DNA of 64,000 nucleotides from Eledone cirrhosa (taxonomy: Eukaryota), in assembly GCA_964016885.1 (NCBI GenBank), contig OZ024741.1, positions 379,502,001 through 379,566,000 of the forward strand, in the 5' to 3' direction. Shown piece after piece: positions 56,149 to 64,000 of the stretch. Below the pieces are notes generated by a model that made no database searches, had not been told where the DNA came from, and saw only the letters and a list, made by a program, of their open reading frames with translations. Within the stretch, counting starts at the first letter, position 1, and every line of letters begins with the position of its first letter. The position numbers and the translations under genes were made by a program.

Positions 56149-57065
56149 AGTGGTGATGATGATAATGTTGTTGTTTATGAGGATGATGATGACGATGATG
56201 ATGAAAACGATGTTGTTGACGATGATGATAACGTCGTTGCAAGAGAAAGTGAAAAAGTGTGCACAATGAATGGCTATGCTGATGAACATTTTTGATAGCC
56301 ATGTTAGATATAACGATAGTTATAATGAATTATCAAATAATTATAAATTGAATGATGATCATGATTGTAATGGTGATCATCAGAGCTATGAAAAATAAGA
56401 TATAAGATGAGGTTGAGGCCGAGGAAATGATTCCAAGCTGGAATGCATTAATAGTAAGTTGTATCGACACTACAAAGACTAGACATTGCACCCAAAGTGA
56501 CTTTGTATCATCCTTCATCAGCATCGCTATTAGAATATAACAATTATGTGCAGAGGAGAGGAAATATACATTTTAACGTTCCTTTCCTGGGTATACAATA
56601 TGAAGAACATATCAAGAATGAGCATGTACACGATAATCCTGCCACTCGCATATTTTATATAAGCGTGTGTGTTGTTGGACAAACTTCTATCCAAACGAGC
56701 AGTGTTACATTTAATTCAATCGACGGAAGAACCATTTGCTGAAATTAACTTTCAAGTAACTGCGTATTCCCCTGACACTTGTAGACATAATAAAGTTCTC
56801 TGGGGAATTCAGTATGACAAATTATGGCAAGGCTGGCTCTTTGATGTACAGGATTTTGGCAGATGAGGGAAATGGAGCAAGGTGAAATCATGTTTTTCGC
56901 TCAATGACACAACAGGCTGGTGTGAATTAGATTCATAACCTACGGAACATTAACTGAACAGCCTAACCAATAATCCATGAACCTTCATAATCACAAATAC
57001 AATGACAAATGTTGGATACTGTTGAGGAATATACTAGATAGAACTTATTGTCTGGTGATAGCTAG

Positions 57066-57249
57066 ATAATTGTTTCTACATTTGGCAGAAGACCAGCAAT
57101 TACACCAGTGCATAACTGTTGCTTTATTTTATCGACCCCGTAAGAATGAATGTAAAAGTTAACCTCGGTGGGATTTGAACTCATAAATGGCCGTAAATGA
57201 TGCAAAGCATGGCATCCGTGCCTCTACCGATACTGCCAATTTAGCGCCC
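57066..57249 (-). mobile_element. tRNA-derived Deu/Nin-core SINE
   Basis: Reverse complement of other copies. Confidence 0.8.
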
Positions 57250-58759
57250 AAGTGACAGCTAGATAATGGGGAATGGGTTGCGTTGTGTATTACATACAGC
57301 AACAGGCAAATTGAAAATGAGTAAAAGGGAGAAGATGATGAGATAGAAAATAGTATGGAAAATGATGATTGTGATGATGCGTATTATGATAATGATGATG
57401 TTGATGCTGATGACCAAGATAAAAGCAGCATTATATTGTAGCTAGCCCTCAGCCAAGGAAAATCTACCTGTCTTTCTATATCTCACACATTCACAAATGA
57501 ACGCACACACCCACACATACCCCCCCCCCCCAACACACACACAAACATACATACATATGCATATATATACATAAATATATATGAATTAAAAGGGACAGGA
57601 TGTTGTGTGGTTACTAATAAAAAGTGTTTAGAAATGCAAGGAAAACAAACAAAAGACAATTCCCCTCATCAGTTGTCTGTTGTGGGTCTCGGATATTTCA
57701 ACGCATTAAAGACAATACATCTATCCACAGTGCCTCCTAACTTCGGGAGGTTTTGGGTGAGGTAAAGACAAAGAGACGATAGCGAATAGAAAGAAAATAG
57801 ATAAAAGAAAAATACAAGAAAAAAAAATAGACAGAATACTGATCGAGAGGGGAAAATACCAGGCAGTAACCAAGGGGAGAGAGGAAGAAGTTAAAAAAGT
57901 TAAAATACCTTATAAACACCAAGAAAGAGAGAGCGAAGAGAAACACGTAAAGAGGGAGAAACGAAACAAAGCGGAAGTAGTAAGGCAGCAGGAAGTATGG
58001 GGGGGGGGGTACCGGTGGCAGAGAAATAATATAAGTGAGTGGGAGAGAGAAAGAGGGAGAATACATGAGCGGGAGAGAGAGAGACAAAGGAAGAGAAATA
58101 AAGACGGAGAAAGGAGGAAGGAAATGAATTGGTACCATCAAGTGAGACAGAGAGAATAGATCGAAGTTCATCTATATATATATTCATATATGTGTGTGTA
58201 TGTACGTAAATATGAATATATGAATATATGTATGATAAGAATGTATATATAAAGAAACTCTTTAGTTAAGAATTTCTGCTTCCGTTCTGAAAAAATGTTC
58301 ATTTTCTGTAGTGTTGAGGATTTAGATATTTTTAAATATATCATTTATTAAAATAAAATATTGTAAAATAAAATATTGTAAAATAAATTATTTCGTTTCT
58401 ATATTCATTATTATTTTTTTCATTTATTGATTGAATAATTTATTTGTATTTGTTTCTACGTTTATTTATTTTTTTGTTCATCCTGTTCTTCACCGATAAC
58501 AGAGTAATTATCAAATGTTCAGTCATTTGTCAATGTGAGCTTCTCACAGAAGGAAATAGCTTGTAGTCTAAAGTGTATCTCTGAGTGGTTTTACAACCTA
58601 TTATCCTCATTTGTAATTAATTCTCTTTTTCTTTTATTTGATGGGCTTTTTATGTTATTTTGTTAACGTTTTTTTTTGTATGATTTTATAATGCAGGTTA
58701 TTTTCATGACAATAAACAACGAAACAAAGGTTAACTGATGTGTTTATATTTCGATTTCT

Positions 58760-58784
58760 GTTATTATTGTTATTATTATTATTA

Positions 58785-58844
<60 letters not shown>

Positions 58845-58985
58845 TTATCATTATTATTATTATTATTATTGTCATCATCATCATCATCATCATCATCATC
58901 TTCATCATCATCATCACCACACCATCATCATCACCATCATCATCATCATCATCATCATGATCATCATCATCATCATCATCATCAT
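58760..58985. repeat. (TTA)n/(CAT)n microsatellite (similar (GAT)n tract at 56040-56230)
   Basis: Direct reading. Confidence 0.95.
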
Positions 58986-59957
58986 GGTTTTCTCCATTGT
59001 CATATGGCGGAAGAGGCAAGTGAGTGAGACAAATTTGTGAAGTTAATGCCGTGTTGTTTGTACTTTGATGATTTCTCATGATTTGTAAATGGTGAATGCA
59101 CATAGTTAGTTAATGAGTAAACGTAGCGTACAACGAATACTAAAAGTAAAGGCGTAGGTGTATGCTTGTATATATAATGTTATTTTACACTCTAATGTGT
59201 GACATATTACTTATTACTTCGCATTTAATCAGAGTTAACGGAGACTAGAAAACAGCTCTATATGTATTGACTACTTTCAATCATAGTTGTCGAGTGTAAT
59301 AGAATGCATTATTGATGGATAATATTTAGGAACCTAAAACAAAAACGGTGCAGGATGCAAGAAACGTAAATGCATGCATCAATTCCTCTGTACACAAACG
59401 AATGTGAGATGACCTTTATGTACATCAAAGATTCTTGCCCTGAGAAGATAAATACCTGCGCTCCATCATCCACTTTTCTAAAAAATAAATCATACACAAA
59501 ACGCCAAACCAACAGTTTTGCAAGAGATATCAACATGAATGGGCCTGTTATTTTTATCTAAAGACATTTCTTTCCAATTCCAGCCCGCTCATCCCCTCAA
59601 TATATCTTATTTCCCATTATTTCTTCTGATGAAAGCTTTAAGACCCTTCTTCCTGCTATATCAAGCGTTAACCTAATATATCACTGCCATATACTGTACC
59701 GATTGTGTTGTTATCCCTGTTTACCTTTTACATACATACATGCAAAACATACACACATACATACATACATACATATATATATATATTTTAATTTTAATTA
59801 TATCTCATATAAAATAATATAACTGGCTTTCCACAAAATACATATAGTTAGCACCCCAAACACAAAATTGGGATTATACTAACGTATATCCTAATGTTTG
59901 TTGAGTGAGATGGTTACCAGTCGGAGTTTAGCTTAAAGCTTTCTCTGTTATTGTATT

Positions 59958-60120
<163 letters not shown>

Positions 60121-62653
60121 AGGAAAAGGATGTTTCTCTTTGTTGAATATAAGTCACCATTTGGTTGAAGATGTAAATTCCAATTTAGCGGAGAAGTATA
60201 TTTCAGAAGTTGTAATGTTGCCACGAGGAACCAGGTTTGGTAGAAAGATATAATAGGAATATCGACAACGAATTTAAGCTTGGTTTTACATTATTTATTA
60301 ACAGAGGTTGAGCTGGCATGCCAAGAGAAATTAAACAAACGAATTAAGATTCCAGAAAGACACGGGATACAGGCTGAGAGAAGCGTTGCCAGGCCGTGGT
60401 TAAATTGTTGTGTTACATATTGGCTAGTGATTTCACGGCGCAAGAAAAATGGTTGTTTACCTTAGCACGGTCGAAGGTGCGAGTCCTAGGGTCCTCAATC
60501 TGTGCGGGCTATTTCTCCCTCAGAACGCGTAGGGATACATCCTCTTCTACTGGCGCTGATTGGTTGAGTTGATTCAAATCACGCACAGAGAATGTATGTG
60601 AGCCCGCGGAATGTAGGTCACTACATCACCTCCGGGCAGATTTTCAGCCGAAAATCGTTAACGAAGAAACCGAGGACCCTCAGATAATTGAATGAGCAAG
60701 AACAAATGCTGAAATAGCACATCAATGAAAAAATAATTGAGCAGAAAGATGCATGCAAGAATAAAAAAAATTAGGCGCGACGGGCCGTGTTGAGCCGCTG
60801 TCAAATGACTAGCTGTTTTGTAGTTTTACGTGACGAGAAAGGTCTACCAGAAAACAGATAAAGTCTGACATGGGCGAAGTTGCTGTTCTTGCATTAAATG
60901 TTAATGGTAAGCGTTGTACCAGTAGCTGTGAACGAAGCTATTATGGTAGGTTACCAGTGCTGGCGAGAAAATGATGGCCTCCCAGATGTATTGCCGAATG
61001 TGCTATGGAGCCAGGAAAAAATGGCTTGATGCTTTGATAAGAAACAAAAAAAAAAAAGTAAAAGCATGTTGAATCTGTAGGTGAGTTGCAGTTCCATGTA
61101 ATACAGCAAAGAAAATGTGTGCGTGCGGTCAATATATAATGATAGAGAGAAATGAACTTACATATAATACAGTTTAAAAAAAATAAATGTCCAAAATAAA
61201 TGCCTGAAAAAAAAGGAAGAAAGAAAGAATTGTTTCTTTGTGAACGCTCCTACGAGGGAGCTAGTAGAATTGTTGATAAAGCAAAGTCACAATGAATCTT
61301 CTGCAGAGTCGAATTCGAGCGTTGAAGAACCTAGCGTCACCGATATGGCAGTTACGTCTGACGCCATACTGGTGAGAAAACTAATGTCTTAACTTCTCGA
61401 GTCCTTGTGGTAACGAGAAAAGGTATGGTGGTTGCGTCGGTAAAGTTACAAGCCGTCTCCAGGTGTTGGTTAATATAGCCATGTGTTGCCGCTGATGGCT
61501 GTTACTTCGTTGTAGCCGTTATGAAATCTCCTCGTGGCGTAAAGTTTTGGAAATACTGCTAATTTTTTTTTCTAAAAAAAATTCTAAAGAAAATTTGAAA
61601 GTATTCTAAAGAAAAAAAAGGATTTTCCATGATGGCCGATCGAAAAATGTGTCCGTGATTAAGAAGCCGTCATGTGGCACGATGCAGCCAATCAGATGGC
61701 TGGGATCGAAGAAGACAAGCTGAAGGCGGGAAAACAAAATGTTTGAGTCTCCATTTGCAATTTCAACAGAACGTTGAAAGCAAAATTCTACATCCAGAGG
61801 AATTCTTTTTTTTTCTGTCTTTATCAAACTATGCTCGCAATAATAATTTTCAATCCAAAAGATAAATTTGTTGAGAGACGTCGAAAAAAGACGCTTTCTT
61901 TTGTGTTGTATGTTTTGGTCCGTCTGTATCCGTGAGTCAGCAGCATGTTATGACAGAAATATTGTGCAGGTCGTATGTCTCAACAAATGGAATTATGAAT
62001 TATTTGGACTTACGCTAAGCGAGTCTAGCAACCCGATTCGAATATTCCCAATGTTAAGCCACTCCATATTGCCGTTAAAACGAATGGCGAATTCAAATAG
62101 GCTGCGTTTTCATTCTTTATCGTCGAAGAGTCACCAATAAAGGAAAAGGATGTTTCTCTTTGTTGAATATAAGTCACTATTTGGTTGAAGATGTAAATTC
62201 CAATTTAGCGGAGAAGTATATTTCAGAAGTTGTAATGTTGCCACGAGGAACCAGGTTTGGTAGAAAGATATAATAGGAATATCGACAACGAATTTAAGCT
62301 TGGTTTTACATTATTTATTAACAGAGTTTGAGCTGGCATGCCAAGAGAAATTAAACAAACGAATTAAGATTCCAGAAAGACACGGGCTACAGGCTGAGAG
62401 AAGCGTTGCCAGGCCGTGGTTAAATTGTTGTGTTACATATTGGCTAGTGATTTCACGGCGCAAGAAAAATGGTTGTTTACCTTAGCACGGTCGAAGCTGC
62501 GAGTCCTAGCGTCCTCAATCTTTGCGGGCTATTTCTCCCTCAGAACGCCTAGGGATACATCCTCTTCTACTGGCACTGATTGGCTGAGCTGAGCAAAATC
62601 ACGCACAGAGAATGTATGTGAGCCCGCGGAATGTAGGTCACTACATCACCTCC
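60121..62653. repeat. ~512-bp direct repeats (60121-60632, 62141-62653) around 1.5 kb of non-coding DNA
   Basis: Near-identical copies 2020 bp apart; left end abuts (AT)n. Confidence 0.85.
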
Positions 62654-63328
62654 AAAATGAAGATAAATCAAAATGAATTTAATCTAAATCAAAATGATGA
62701 GTGTCATGCCAGAAAGGCATGCGCCATATCACCCGTAAAGTAAGCTCCAAGTTTCTAATGAATAGGTCCGAGCATTTTATAACAACTAGAAATTGATTAA
62801 CATATAAACAAACATATGAAACAATCACAAGGGATACTTTTTACAATTTAGATTAAATTTAGATTAAATTCATTTTGATTTATCTTAATTTTGGATATTT
62901 ATATAAATACGACTCCTTAATTGTAGAGCTAACTCTGTTGAAAGGACTTGACTGCTGTTTCTAGTTGTCGATAACCCTATTCACGCCACTGGTGCGAAGC
63001 TGGTATGATGTGTGTATTTTTAGTAGATACAGCACGTGTTACTGGCCAGTCGGTGATTTGAACTTAATGCGTAAACACAGATCGCTAGACTTCTTCCTTG
63101 TTTAAAATCCAAGTATCGGCCTGTGTGGTTTACCATTCGATTAATTGGTGAAATATATTTCTTTAATGGAATATATACAGGGAAGATTAATCATATTATA
63201 AGGTATCTATTTTTGAAGTTCTAGTTAACTTTATTTAGTTACCTACCTAACTATGTGTACTTACACACTTGTAAAGATTATCCCGTGATTGTTTCATATG
63301 TTTATTTATATGTTAATCAATTTCTAGT

Positions 63329-63333
<5 letters not shown>
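62653..63333. mobile_element. Inverted/tandem copy of the 651-1245 non-coding family
   Basis: gtcatg..catgcgccatatc, ctagaaa..gatt.acat and taggtaggtaacta shared; hairpins at 62744-62773 (-) and 62912-62929 (+). Confidence 0.65.
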
Positions 63334-63387
<54 letters not shown>

Positions 63388-63540
63388 AGCAAGAAAGTAA
63401 GTGTGGGTAAGATCTAGTACTTCAGTATGCGTATAGGGAGCACTCAACGAAGATATAAGTTCTGGAATTATAATATATGTCCCAAGGCTCTGATACCATC
63501 AACACTATACACACAGAGCTGGCATATCTAAGAACTGACT

Positions 63541-63597
63541 AACTGCCTGATGAGGTCATAGCCATTCAATGGCTATCATCGAAATATATATACCAGT
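63541..63597 (+). ncRNA. Type I hammerhead ribozyme in mini-element 63388-63642
   Basis: actgc-CTGATGA-GGTCATAGCCA-ttcaa-TGGCTATCATC-GAAA-TATATA-TA-ccagt. Confidence 0.78.
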
Positions 63598-63641
63598 AAA
63601 TAAAGGATTATGTGTTCATCCAATTGACTTATGTTTCGTCA

Positions 63642-63674
<33 letters not shown>

Positions 63675-64000
63675 TGTGCTTGTGTGTGTATTTGTGCGTG
63701 TGTACTCTCCTTTCTCCCAGAACCACTGGCCTTATGCCTAAATCATAAAATAGTATTTGTTCTGGCACCATACGTTTTACGTCCAAATCACTTCAAAATC
63801 AATTTTGCCTTTCCTCCTTCCGACGTTGATAAAATAAAATACTGTTTAATTAATCTTGTCGGAATTGTCGACGTTACCTTACTCTCAAATCTGCCCTTAT
63901 GCCTATGTTAGAAATATATATTTGTAGATTCGAGTAATTATGTAAAATACACCACGTTAATAGCTCTCAACAAGAAAGAAATATAGATTGGGTAGAAGTT

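Noticed and set aside
60121-62653. LTR retrotransposon
   Set aside because: No TG/CA termini, PBS, PPT or gag/pol remnants seen

Overview
AT-rich eukaryotic (animal) genomic DNA made almost entirely of transposable elements and microsatellites ((AT)n, (CA)n, (GA)n, (TTA)n, (CAT)n). The repeat spectrum suggests a cephalopod such as Octopus (inference). No host gene exon could be supported. Contents: a Chapaev/CMC-like transposase remnant, a Tc1 element, L1/Tx1-clade LINEs, an R4/Dong-like RLE LINE, a CRE-like fragment, Deu/Nin-core tRNA SINEs, two non-autonomous Helitrons, and many Penelope-like elements (PLEs; one Neptune-like, four Hydra-clade-like) plus non-coding pLTR/retrozyme-like derivatives inserted in (AT)n. 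More than 15 type I hammerhead or hammerhead-like motifs are visible. Main observation: downstream of the hammerhead, otherwise dissimilar PLE families share a covarying bulged hairpin (NYTC-stem-loop-stem-TN-GARN, usually followed by RCT). Where an internal copy is visible it occurs twice in tandem. The (AT)n junctions map a few nt upstream of hairpin 1 at one end of an insertion and upstream of hairpin 2 at the other, suggesting a twin-hairpin signal for starting reverse transcription. All coordinates and folds were read by eye and are approximate.
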